60,000 nt of DNA from Amphiscolops sp. MND2022 (Eukaryota), in the NCBI GenBank assembly GCA_964187785.1, contig OZ076409.1, positions 6,822,001 to 6,882,000 on the forward strand, read 5' to 3'. Of this stretch, positions 11,332 through 23,634 are shown piece by piece; position 1 is the stretch's first letter, and each line of letters starts with the position of its first letter. The position numbers and the translations under genes are program-made. The notes beneath the pieces were generated by a model. It was not told the origin of the DNA and did not search any database. It saw nothing but the letters and a program-made list of their open reading frames with translations.

Positions 11332-14300
11332 TTAATATCTGTATTCGTCAGTGAAGTTGGGGGTTGGGTTAGGTCGAAGATTGTATTTCCCTCCTCTAGG
11401 GCTAGAGTTTTCTTCATTTTTTCCATTTTCCGATATTCCGGGCACGGTAATATCTGCGCCCCTTTTTGGAACGTTTCCGTCATCATTTAATTCATTAGTG
11501 ACGTCATTTTCATTTTCCGTCCCAGTAGTCGATTCATGTGGAGGGGACGGCGCGTCACGGCTGCTAGCCGGTCTCGGCCTTATTTCATTCTCGTTGACGT
11601 CATTTGCATTTTCCGTCCCAGTAGTCGATTCATGTGGAGGGGACGACGCGTCACGGCTGCTAGCCAGTCTCGGCCTTATTTCATTCTCGTTGACGTCATT
11701 TTCATTCATTGTCTCGCTGCTGTCATTCTCGGTGACGTAATAGTCGACTTCACCATTCGTGGCGTCCTGCGGCAGACGCGTGGCCGTGTCTGGCCAATCA
11801 TTTTTCTTCGGCTCGAACAGCTCGTATTCAAAGTCTGCTTCCCATGAAATGGTATACAAATCGTCTTGCGGTATTATTATTTCTTCATCAGGCTGTAATT
11901 TTTCTTCTTTGTATTTGTCTTCTAATGGAGTATTAGGGACAAATTTTTTGAGCCTTATCCGGTGCAAGATTTGCGTTTTATTCGTATTTAAACGACGCAC
12001 TATATAATTGTTATTTGGTAGAGTTTTTTGAACGACAAAAGGACCAATCCATCGGAAGTCCCTGAATGGTATTTTAGATCCTTGACTATCTGCTTTCGGT
12101 TGGAGAACAAAACAGTAGTCTTTCTCCTGTAGCGGAGCCGCCTTGGCCTTGCGGTCGTAGTACTCCTTGTACTTTAAAAACGACTGCATAATATTCTTTT
12201 TAGTTTGATAAATGAGGATTTGCGTCCTCTGCTGCAATTCTTCCGCGAATTCAGTCGTTGGTAGGAAATTTTTGTTAGGATTATTCCCAAATTTGTGATC
12301 CAGGACGTTATAGGGAATTCGGCCATGAAAGACTTTGCTAGGCTCACAACCAATACTAGCATGGTAAGTGGTGTTATAGTTAAGCACAGCTAATGGTAAA
12401 AATTTGTGCCATTGACGACGGTATTCCCCTGAGGCCATCTTTAGGTTGGTTTTTAAAGAGGCGTGTGTCCTTTCGAGTTTACCAATAGTTTGCGGATGTT
12501 TAGTAGTGGCACACTTCAATGTGATCCCCAGTATTGCAGTAATTTCTTCTAAAATTTTTGATGTAAATGCGGATCCCTTGTCCGTGATGAGTGTTGTTGG
12601 CAAATACGAATGTTTCGTCATGATGTCAATTATCACCTTGGCTACGTTTGCGGCTGTTGCCTCAATTAGTGGGTAGGCGAATAAATATCTTGAAAATACA
12701 TCTATTGCCGTCATCACCGTTTGGTATCCGCCGCTAGTTGGTAAATTTGGCAGTAAATCGATTTGCATGGCATCTTCTGGGCCTAGGTCCCATTCAGGTA
12801 AATTCAGTAATTCTGGGGTGATTACCGTGTTGGGGACCCTTTTGTCCTTGGCACATGTTTCGCAGCCTTCTACCCATTTTTTGACGTGTTTTGCAATTCC
12901 GGGGTAGTAGTATTTTTGGCGAATTTCCTGTAGCATCTTAGAAATGCCCGGGTGTCTATGTGCCGTGCCATGTATTGCTTGTAATAATTCTTTGAGCAAA
13001 TGCTTTGGCAATAAGATTTGATGATATTTGACCTGTCCGGTTTCATCGTAGTTTTGCCGCGTCACTATCTCGTCTTTGAGGACTATTCGATCTATGTTGT
13101 TCAAGTAATACTTGTATCGAATATCCTGTTGAAGGATTTCTTCAGAGTATTCTTCTTTTTGAAGTTTCGCCCTTAATTGGAGGAGAATCGGGTCTCTGGA
13201 TTGTTCAAGCAGTATCTGAATTGTTCTTCTTAATTTCTGCGTGAAATTAGTAATCTCTTCGACGGTATTTTCTGATATAGCGTCAATTTGGATTACTGTC
13301 TCAGGGACTATGAGGCTCTTTTTGGAATGTTGTTTCCGTTTCCAAATCTGTTCTTCTGTTTCGTTGTCCTCCTCAGTGAAGAAAATTTGCTCTTCCTCTG
13401 ACACGCCGGCTGATTGGACATTGACCTCGATCGGTCTAGTTTCTACGTCCTCTCGTATTTTCAGGACCAACTTTTCAGTAGGGTCCATTTCCATACGGGA
13501 CAAGTAGTCTGCCGCTGTATTGTTTTTGCCTGGAATGTGAGCTATAATGAAGTTGAATTGAATGACAAAATCACAAGCATTCCAGAGAGGCGGTGGAATT
13601 ATCTTTGTCTGGAAGAACCTTGTGACCGATTTGTTATCTGTAAGGATAATCACGGGTTGAGGTGTTCCCCAGAAAATTTGTCCAAACTCCTTGAATGCAT
13701 AATATATAGCTAGGAATTCCTTTGCATATATCGACATTTTGAGTTGAGAAGGCGTGAAAGTTTTGGATCCATATGCAATCGGCGCATAGGACTTTTTAAC
13801 AGAAGTGTATTTCTGATTTGGGTCGTCTTCGGTCAATATGGCGTAACCGGCTGCTGTAAAACTTGCGTCAGTCATGAGGACCAGTTGTTTGTTCGGCAGA
13901 GGTTGTTTCAACGCCAATTGACTACATCGGTCTAAATCGCGGTTGATCGCATTAAATTGTTCAACTAGCTCTTGCGTGACTAGTACTTTTTCATCCTTTT
14001 TGAGCAATTGGAAGAAGGGAACTAGTTTTTCGGATAGCCTTGGAATATAATTCCTGTAGTAATTGAGGAAACCAAGATAGCGTTGTAAGGCCTTCTTGGA
14101 CTTTGGGAATTTCGTCTTTTCCAATAAATTGACGATTCTTTCTTTTTGGGGCTTTACGCCTTCAGGTGTAATGGTTCTCCCAAGAAAGTCAATTTCAGTA
14201 GCGCCGAAATGGCACTTGTGCATGGACAATTTCAATCCTGCTTCTCTGATACATTGGAACGTTGCTCTTAAGTTGACGATAAGCTGGTCAGCGTCTGTCG

Positions 14301-16503
14301 CCGCGACACCGATATCGTCCACATATTGAGCACATTGGTCTGCTTTTATAACACGATCCAGGTATTCCCTCATGAAACTGGAGAAGGCCGACAGGGCTCT
14401 ACTGAGTCCTTGGGCCAATCTTCTATATGCAAATGTCCTGCTGGCGAAGTTGAAAGCTAGCATTTCAATCGATTTCTGGTCTGCCATAGGAAGGCAATGA
14501 TAAGCTTGGGAACAGTCGAGTTTGCAAAAGAGCTTTTTGCCTGCCATATGTTGCGCCGCATCCGTCAAGGTGCTGACTGGGTGGTTGTTATTGACGTAGT
14601 CATCTGAAATCAGATTATTGATTTTCCGTAAATCCAACAACAGTCTCAGTTTTCCATTGGGTTTTTTCTGCGCAAATATTGGACTGGCGTACTTCGAGAA
14701 TGGTAATGTTGTTATAATCCCATATTTATGGAGTAATGCCAGTTCGACCAATATGTCCTCTTTGAGGTTGACCGGAGTAGGTAGGCTCTGACTGTAGGCA
14801 GGCGACTCGTCCTTTGGGGTCAGTTTGACCGTAAATTCCTCATTGACGCCAATATCAAATCTGTGGCGTGCAAAGATGTCATGGAATTCCACTAATAGAG
14901 TTTCTATTTGTCTGATTTCATGTTGTTGTAACATTGAGTCCTTCCAATCAAAATTGCTGAGGAATTTTCGACGAGATTCCGCATCGTCGTGCGGGTTGAG
15001 TTGTTCTAAACTTTGCAGGTTTCGTAATTCTTTGAGAATTCTTTGTTGTATTGGGGTATGGGTCGTTTCGTCCCCTGGGTTTTCAGGCGTCGGGAACCAA
15101 TATTGTTCGTATTGGTCATTATTTCTGTTAGCTTTAAGAAGGCTACTAATATAATAAATAGCGTCGTCTTCATTTTCATTCAGTAAGTGCCAGGTGGACA
15201 CTGGGTCTATTGGCCTGACGTGTTTCATCTGTTCAGGGGTCATCACTGAAAAGTTTGCAATGTGCATCCCTTTCTTTATTTTATAGGGTTGATCAGTGAA
15301 ATTGTTGACGTGTATTCTCGTAGCCCCTTCATGTAGTGTGACTATGGCGGCACAGAAGGTTATGTCGCCTTCCTCGTGCAGAAGATCGCTGGGTTGCAAT
15401 ATGCCCGTAACTGCATTTTCTGCGTAAATTTGTGATTGAATGGGTATGACCACATGGTCATTGGGCGGAATTGTGACATCCTCAGGATTGAGGATGGGTT
15501 CCAAAACATTTGAGTATTTATGGTCAGCCGTCTTGAGTTGCATCGAGAAGTAGGGAAAGTTGAGTATACCTTGGCGCATGTCCAGGACAGTGTGGTTCCT
15601 TTGAAGGAATATTAGTCCAATTATGGGGCTTGACAGTTTTTCCATTACAATGAAAATTTCGTGAAATTCTATGTCGCCCACTTCGAATTTTAGTTCGACT
15701 GTGCTCTTTGGAGTTTCTAAGTCTCCATTTGCGACCATTATTTGGAAGGATGGGGCAGGACCTTCTTTTACAATGGATTGGGGGGCCAACAGGCGTATTT
15801 TCCTGAGGTCTGCCTCCGGGATTGCACTGGAGTGGGCTCCAGTGTCTATCAGGCCATCTAGAGTTAATTCCCCAAAGTCCATTGGGAAATAGAGCATTCG
15901 TCGTTTGAATTAAAGTCCAAGGTTTGTTGAAAGGGGAACGTATGGTAATTCTCCTTCCTTGGTCACTAGGAGGTGTAATAAGGCTGTCTCATCTAAAAGA
16001 CTATTAGGAGCCTTGTGGTCCTCCTGTGTGTGTATGGCGTCTACTTCTTGTATAGTTGCCTCAAAGTTCGGCTGCCAAAGATCAATGAGGGCCCGAGACA
16101 GTGTGTTGTCTTCGATGTCTGGGTCGTCCTCGTCGTCAGTTGGAGGGTAATATTCGTTTCGAAATTGTAAATTTATTTTGTCATATAGTTTGTCGTCCCA
16201 GTACGGGTCTTTGCCATACTCGGGGTCATAGTATTGAGGGTTATAATCTTCGACAGTTTGTAAGGGTCTAAATTGAGTTTCGGAGTCGTTGTAATTGCTA
16301 TTCCGTCGATATAGGTATGGGTGATCACTGTGAATGATATATTGAGTTTCTTTGCGGGCGTCGGCCATCTGCTGCTGCCAGACAGTCGATGGCATCCCTG
16401 TGGTGTCGTTTTGAGTTTGTTTATATGTAATGTTTGCAGGGTCAGATATGACATACTGTCGTACTGACATCTTGTTACATATTTGGAGTCGTGGCGAAAT
16501 TAG
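11332..16503 (-). CDS. pol: Pol polyprotein (protease, RT, RNase H, integrase) with an in-frame nonsense codon at 15910-15912
   Basis: LIDTGA protease, QYVDD RT, TDAS/TDNK RNase H, H-H-C-C plus D,D,E integrase (IDLL, TDKG, LER), GPF motif. ORFs 15910-16470 and 11332-15897 share one frame. Confidence 0.96.
11499..11708 (-). repeat. 96-bp in-frame tandem duplication in the integrase C-terminal tail
   Basis: TGACGTCATT recurs at 11499, 11595 and 11691. The peptide NDVNENEIRPR.ASSRDA.SPPHESTTGTEN occurs twice. Confidence 0.9.
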
Positions 16504-18188
16504 TTTTTTGAGTCCGTTTTACGTGAGTTTGATTGGCTTGAAGATGCAGTTTCAGGGTTAGTTGACTTTTTGGACGATTTTTCATCGCCAGAGGTGTCAT
16601 CAGCCTTATCCTCAGGACGTGTCCTTTTGGGTCGTAAATGTGCTCCAGCCCCTTTCCAGCATCTTTCAACAGGGTGATTTTTCTTTCCGCAAGTAGGGCA
16701 TTCTGGGTATGTAGGACGTTGGGGCTTTTTGCCATTTTTGTCCTCCAGTTCTTTCTTCTTCTTCAATTTAGGGCAGCTCTTATAGAAGTGGCCTGTGGCT
16801 TTACAATAAGAGCATTGTGCGTCCTTTTTAGTATTTATGCCATTAGAGAGCAAATTGTTGTTACTGGAGGACGCAGAGGCCATTGTAGCGATTGGCAAAT
16901 CGTCTTGACTCTTCTAATGCGTTGAGTTCAAGCTCTCTTTCAAGATGAGCGACGATTTCTTCATATGTCCCGTTCTCCAGGCGGGCCATATTGACAGATC
17001 GTTTCAATTTTGGAGGCAGTTTTGCGTATAATAAGCTGTCGATCATGCTTTTTGCATTTTCGCCGAAAGCTTTTTCTGCCCCCTGGTTCAGTTCTTCCAA
17101 GAAATCCGGCAATTTCATGGTATTCGGATCGAAAGTCAGCCGATGCCATTTGTGTTTTGCCGTTGCTTGGGATTCCGGTTTGACGTATTTTCTCCGGAAT
17201 ATGATTAGCACATCCTCGAGTGTTTGGCGGTTAATTGAGTTTATGTTCCTGAAGGTCTGCAGGGCCCCTTTTCTGAGCAATGAGTGAAAATGGTTTATTT
17301 TCATTTGCTCTGTCATGGCCGGTTGCATTTTGATCATTGTGTGGAACAAATCTTCAAAGAGTTCGAATTTCTCACTCTTTCCGTCAAACGTCATAGGTGT
17401 CGTTTGGACAGGTCGGATAGTCATCGTTTGGGGTTTATTTTGCAAATTGACTAGTACATCAGCCAATCTATTGAGCGGGTCCTGAGGCGGCTCTTTGACC
17501 TCTGGTTCTGGTGCTGGCAGAGTGGTGTCCAGAGAGACATTGTGGTTAGATTGCTGTCTCTCTAGGTTCGGGATTGAGTGGATTCGTCCAGTGAGAAATT
17601 CAGGTATAGGCTGTTGGGCTTCGTTAGCTCCTGTCACCATGTAAGAGCCACGTCCCGTGGTGTCTCTCAAATCACCAACGGACCGCGAGTCCTTTTTCAA
17701 TAATTTTGTTTTCAAGCCGGATGAAATTTTATATTTTCCTGACTGCTAGGGGACATGCTAGCCTCAGTGTCCCTGTTCCCAGAGGAAGACATTGAACTCA
17801 CAATATTTTGAATCTCTGGTAGCACCTTTTCTGATATGGCAGTACTGATTGCCCTATTTATTTGACTATGTACCATGGCCATCATGGAATCCATTTCTTG
17901 AGTTAGTCTAAGATTAAATTCATTTGAGAAAGTTTCAAAAGACTGCCTGACATCGTTCTGCCTGTATTCACTATTCTCGTGGGAGAAGTTTCTATATTCA
18001 TCCCTTTGGTACAGATTAGCCTCACTGTCACTACGAACTGAAGATTGTTCAATTGCTTCAGTTAATTCTCTCTCTATGGGATTTTCACTCCCATTACCTA
18101 ACATTACGTCCAAGTTGTCCATGTCGGACATCATGTCCATTTCTCTAGACTTTCTAGTTTTCGCCTTTTGACGTCTCGTAGAAGGCAT
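16500..18188 (-). CDS. gag: Gag, broken by two 1-nt frameshifts (~17731 and ~16906)
   Basis: Three overlapping ORFs join into one protein with a capsid-like region (FDGKSEKFELFEDLF) and two CCHC knuckles, CSYCKATGHFYKSC and CPTCGKKNHPVERC. Confidence 0.9.
16503..16509 (-). promoter_or_regulatory. -1 ribosomal frameshift slippery site A AAA AAC (gag-pol)
   Basis: Minus strand TCA AAA AAC TAA ends gag. The -1 frame continues open into MSVRQYV... of pol. Confidence 0.8.
17628..17639 (-). promoter_or_regulatory. Primer-binding site TGGTGACAGGAG (tRNA-Leu-like, tentative)
   Basis: TGG directly after the CA of the 5' LTR. Complementary to a tRNA 3' end CTCCTGTCACCA. Confidence 0.8.
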
Positions 18189-19383
18189 GAGAGATTGTTG
18201 CAAGAGGAAAGAATTTAAATTGAAATCTTTAAGCTTGCAAATTAAAATTGTATTCGGTATTATAACAGCGAACTTGACTGTGACTATTCGTATGAAGATT
18301 ATGTCCCCAGGACCACGAGTCCCGGTTATTTATAATCAACTAAACATGACATGCACAAAAGTGGTAGTCATCAGTCTAATTTTAGCAACAGGTATTCTAA
18401 AAATAGACACAACTTACAACGTGTCTTTACAAATATATTATCGTAATACTAAAAATAGCAACAGGTATGACGTAATTGATTCACGTGCTTCTACATATAT
18501 GCAGTAGTTTCGTTCAAAGATGCACATGTGCCCCTTCAGGCCATTCAATTAAGTTTCAGTAGCAACACTTCATGTAAAACAATACATACTAGATCATATG
18601 AAATAAATACATGCAAAGATGGTATGTGAACATTGAGCTGTCCTTTATGGCCTTTTAAGATACAAACAGCTCGTCTTGACTTTCTATCCAGGAAGTTCTG
18701 GAAAATAAGAGAATACAAAAGAGGGGGGGAAAAGGACTAATGGTCCTTTTGTAAACAAGGTGACAGATCTCCAATCAGAGTAAATATACCGCTTCTGAGA
18801 TAGTACATTATCAATTTCAATATACGCACTTCTTTTATTCTAGTTTGGACTCAGTGTCCACGCGTCCCTATATAGTACAAGAGTAGCGTCGTTGTGGTGG
18901 CGAGTGGCCCTTGAGTCCTTTAATTTAGAATACAGCACAAAAGCGAGCAAATGAACAATGCACTGTGATTGGTTGAGAAATTGGATGGACAGCGCGTCTA
19001 GCGAGACAGGAAAGGAAACATTTGAACTCGTTTCCTTTACCTGTACGCCTTGGTGTCCAATTTCTCAGCCGTGGTATATATCTATCACTGTTATACATGT
19101 ATTAATACACTATATTCAATTTTCAGCTACATACTTTACATGGTTAATTCCGGATAATTATTCCAAAGCGTTTCAAATTTCATTAAAATAAAAGCCCCGA
19201 ATAAAATGATATACTTACATAAACATATGCGAAATCAATCACAATAAGATAAGTCTATAGTTTGTCTTCTTAGACTTTTGGACTAATAGTCCATTTCTCA
19301 GTTCATCGGGAGGGTACCAGGGAGAGTATTGTAGTTGTAGCCGACTGAGTACCAATTGCCATCGCAGGCGGCAGCCCGCGACA
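17640..19383 (-). repeat. 5' LTR (1744 bp)
   Basis: Direct repeat of 3566-5310, followed on the minus strand by the PBS. Confidence 0.97.
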
Positions 19384-19739
19384 GTCACACATTTTTACAA
19401 ACACTTCAATATCTACAAACTTTTACAGGAATGAATCTACAAACTCTTATAGGCAAGAATGAGTGTCACTTGACCAAGATGAGTGTATTGCTGGGAATTA
19501 CATGCACGTGGGTTCGAATCCTGCGCTGGACCAGAACTTTCTAAGCTGCAATAGTAGATGGGAGACCAAAGGGTCCCCTTCACTTTGGAAATTAATATCG
19601 GCTTGGAAGAATCATTTTGCATGCGTAAAATGCCTCCTTATGTGTTTTTTAACATTGAGACTTTGTTCCGAACGGACATTCAAAAAAAAACATTTTGCTC
19701 TTTTTGAACCCTGAGCGGCTTGGATACCGATCTGTTTGA

Positions 19740-19975
19740 ACACTCGGAGAAAAAAAGAATTTGAATGGTCTTTTAGCAATAGCTTACTGTCGAACTATCC
19801 TCTAACGACATTCTTTGAGAAACACCATCGTCAGAACATACAATTGGATATATACGCCTGACCTAATGCCCAATGACTTGAAATCTTTGTCAGAATCGTC
19901 AGTTAAAAGTGTCATAACAAACATTGCTATCAATTTTATCTCAAACAATTCTGAAGTCTTCAATGTTTACTCTAG
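19740..19975 (+). pseudogene. Decayed 3' fragment of a LINE ORF2
   Basis: LRNTIVRTYNWIYTPDLMPND resembles VEHTLIKGYNWLLQTDLMPGN at the end of the LINE at 52222-52974. Confidence 0.5.
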
Positions 19976-20099
19976 TGTTTCGGATTTCCCATGTGGCTCA
20001 TTACTTATCCAATGAATCAAAATAGGTTTCACCTGGGAAATGAGTTGATTCTCAGTGCGAAAATAAAATTTCGAGCTGAAAAACTTTTTTCGCCCTTTT

Positions 20100-20270
20100 G
20101 ATGTTCATTAAAATTACATATCCTTGTTGTAACTTTTTAACGTCAACAAGACGCCCAGGATATTTTCCGCACTGGGATATTTTTCGCTAAAAATGTAACG
20201 CTTCATCCCGGGTTCGAACCCGTGACCTCGTGTCTACCAGGCAGACGCACTACCAACTGAGCCAAAATAA
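20100..20270 (-). mobile_element. tRNA-derived SINE head / tRNA pseudogene
   Basis: Minus strand A box TGGCTCAGTTGG and B box GGTTCGAACCC at tRNA spacing, but the acceptor and anticodon stems pair poorly. Confidence 0.65.
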
Positions 20271-20446
20271 CTAATTTAAGTACTAACTGAAGTGGGTGGA
20301 GATCGTGGAGATTTGTCAGAATTAGTAAAGAAGACGCAACACAGATTATGATTTTCCTCCCCCATTCGCAAATACATTTGTGGGCGTGGAAAATAATAAT
20401 TAAACTACTCTTTTCAATTCATTTTTGAACCGTTTTGGGTTTGCAG

Positions 20447-23400
20447 GTCTTTACCTGATCTTCGATGTCTCGTGTCATCGGTTCCTGGACATTTTCACGA
20501 CGATAGCTGTGTACCTGCACTTGTTCGGGGTCATCGTAATTCCCGCCTTCTGCTGTGTGTCGTTCGTCTGGTTCAGGGATCACGAAGACCAGGACGAAGA
20601 TGACACAGAGGTCAGGGGTCAACTTCGGAAGAACGGAATAAATTTAACTGAATAAGATAGAACGCTTTGTGATTGGTGGAGAACACCCCCTTCATATCAA
20701 TTTGAGACATTTGATTGGTTTAGATCTAACTCTGTTAGACCTTATTCCGCTTTCTAGTCAACTTCTACGAAACTTTGATAATTATAATAAACTGAAATAA
20801 AAACGAAAACGTGTTACGGTGATTTTATGACCGGATATCAAAATGAAGTTTTCACACATTGATTTTAGCATGTTTAGCGAAACTAAAACGTTGTTATAAA
20901 AATTTTTGAAATTAACTGTGATTCCTGGAACAAAATAACCAATAACACAGCAACCATGTGTTTATTCCGGTTTCGTTGGACAACGGTAAAAAAGGACATC
21001 TGCCAGAATTAAAATTGTATTTATTTTCAAAGATACTTTTTAGGATTGAAACTTTTCTTATCAGCCGGCCTCAAACCATTTGAACATAAATTTAAAATGC
21101 TAATTGGAATCCGGTATTTTGTGTTTCTTTGGAACAAACACACCAAAAAACGCGTCGCAGTGATGTTTTTCGAAAACGGCGCGTGGTGATATTTCGAATA
21201 TGGATGACTTCTGACCGTGGTACCATCTAACGAATTTGGCGTCTTCGGCACCGTGAGACGAAATTTATTATTGTCTACACATTCCTGTTAATTTTTTTTC
21301 GCATTTTCTCATAAACTCTCCAGCGATGATTTTGCCAGTCTTTTTTGGAATTAAAGAATGGAGAGACTAAGTTATATTGTGATTTTAGGTCAAGATCGGG
21401 TAAAAACAGTTATTACATAATTTTAGGTCAAAGTGGGGTCAAATCGTCATTTTGTGACTTCATAGGTTAAGATCGGGTCAAGTTTCTCCCCCGAGAAGTG
21501 CTCTTACCCCACCTACCCGGTGCCTGGATTGCGTGACTCAGGGTCCAAATATGGGGGCAGTAGCAATGGTGGACCCAGCAACCAATCAAAACGCGTTCCT
21601 GTTGCCTCAGAAAACGAGACAAACCCGTACACACATCAAATTAGTAGCTTGACTTACGTGGTAGGTTTCTAAATAGGTTTCTAAAAAATAGCTACCAAAG
21701 AACTCTGTGATTGAATAAATCACTTGAAAAAGTGTTTTTAGTTGGCGCTTTTTCCTTTTAAGGAAAAATGCCCGACACTTACAGAGACCTTTTTTTCACA
21801 CTCATTGGTCCACTTTCTACAGAAACTACTAAAACTACTCAGGCCAAGTCCGGCCAATGCAAACTTACTGCAAAGGGCCCCCTTTCATTTTTTTACTTTT
21901 TTAACCTAACCTACAAAACCGGACGAGACTTAAGGGCTCCCCTCTTGATTTTTTTCGGCACAAACTAGTGCCGAAAAAACTGAAAAAGGAAACCCTTTGG
22001 TCTTGAAAACGCTTTTTCCTAACCGAAATATTTAAACGATCAAAGATTCCAAAAAAAAGTACAATTCCAAAAATAATACTCAAATTCGTTTCCAATTCAA
22101 GTATGATTGGTAGACCTTTCACTGTAACGTCCAGCAGTCGGCGAACGAAAGTTACAAAATTTCGATGAAAAATTCGAAATGTGCGATTCGAAATGGCCGA
22201 CCCGACAGGTCGACCGAAAATCGTAGAAGATTATTATTCACTTAATATAATGTACTTTGGCTGAACACCATTTTTGGACCTCGGAGGTATGTAGGAAAAA
22301 CGCAGAAATCCTAGGATTTGTTTTTACAGGCTTGTGGGACGTGTCCCGACTTTGAGAGTGTCGGCACGTCGCCTCGGAGCTCTAACTGAGGAGCCTCCTT
22401 AGACGAATGGAAAAGTTCCTTTCAGGAGACCATTTTGGGATTAAAAACTAATCTCTAGGTTGTAGTAAGGCACTGGTCTCCTGTTCAAGCAATCTAGGCA
22501 TTGTCCCACTTCTATGATGTGTGTCACTAGCCTGACGTTACACATTATCCCTTTAACTACATCCTCTAGACACTTTAATTTTAATCTATAGTAGACCTTT
22601 TAACTATATCACGTAATGAACACAAAGTACAGTTTTTCATTCAAGTTTGTTTACTAACAAATTGTTAGTACTCTAGACCGAAACTCGGCAGTGGCTAGGA
22701 CGAATGAACTGTATAACAAGGAGTACCCTCCATTCAATTTTAATTTTAGCCTCCCTCGTGTTTGGATGGACCCAGACCAGGCAGAAGTATGAGTTTGGGA
22801 AGCAGCGGGGAATTCTATGGAGGCAATATCCCAGCAGTTGAGGAAACTCCCGCCAAAAGCCCCGCCCGTTCCAAGAGCCAGCTGGCATTGAGACCTCGCT
22901 CCAAAACCGAGTCTCAAAAACCGCAACGAGTGGCTCTTTCGAGTCAACATTCTGGGACGAGAACTTACGAGAACATTCAACGCGGAGGCGCAAATCCCAC
23001 TGCGAGCAAGGGAAAGTCGGAATTCGTTCACGTGAGAACTCCTGACAAGTCTATCCGCTTCAAAATTCCTTCGGAACGACCACAAGGTAAGCCAACAGGA
23101 CCATTTCTCTCACCCCCAAACCCAAAAATATTTATTCATCTCTTTAAACAATATTGTTTTCCCAGAAAAAAATTATGTAAATAAAAAAAATCAACCATAA
23201 ATTTAAAAAAAAATGGATTTGATTGATTTTTAAAAAAATTGGATTTTAATCCATTCATGATCACTGTTTTATTGCCAGGGTATGATGCGAGTTTTGTGCC
23301 ACCGGAGAACAGAAATCGCATTCCAGTCACCAACTACCAGACTGGCATTCTCAAAGACTCCGCCCACTCCTCTTCCTCCTCAGTTCTCCCCATGACGTCA

Positions 23401-23634
23401 CCCAATGGAGGCGGGGGCGGGGGCAGTTTCAGAAGTGTCTCCCTTCTCAGCCGAAACTCACCCATCAAGAGTCTTCCCGAAGGGCGCATCAAGAGTCTTC
23501 CCACACCCAGAGGCAATCCAGAGGAACCGACGAAACGGGAACCCCTTCTGAGCACGTTCGCCAGTTCCAGCAACCGGAGCGAAGATGAGTTGTTCCAGCT
23601 CAAAACCGATGTCGAGTTACAGTCCAATGTTTGA
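20447..23634 (+). CDS. 3' exons of a host membrane-protein gene (20447-20610, 22750-23086, 23279-23634), possibly a 7TM receptor tail
   Basis: Canonical splice sites with matching phases (0 then 1). Hydrophobic helix IFTTIAVYLHLFGVIVIPAFCCV, Ser/Pro-rich tail, C-terminal class I PDZ ligand QSNV. Confidence 0.7.
22123..22542. mobile_element. Internally deleted solo LTR of family B, in inverted orientation
   Basis: TGTAACG...CGTTACA termini. Reverse-complement match to 323-630. Flanks cac/cat. Confidence 0.75.

Larger units (their letters stand above)
3566..19383 (-). mobile_element. Full-length Ty3/Gypsy LTR retrotransposon (15,818 bp) with accessory genes
   Basis: Paired TG...CA LTRs, GTCAC TSD at 3561-3565 and 19384-19388, PBS, PPT, gag with CCHC knuckles, pol in PR-RT-RH-IN order. 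Confidence 0.97.

Noticed and set aside
11332..11900. Chromodomain at the integrase C-terminus
   Set aside because: The tail is acidic, low-complexity and repeated, with no aromatic-cage pattern.
11351..15892. Numerous plus-strand ORFs opposite pol
   Set aside because: Antisense shadows of the pol frame with no motifs.
20198..20270. Functional tRNA gene
   Set aside because: A and B boxes are present but the acceptor and anticodon stems do not pair, so a SINE head is more likely.
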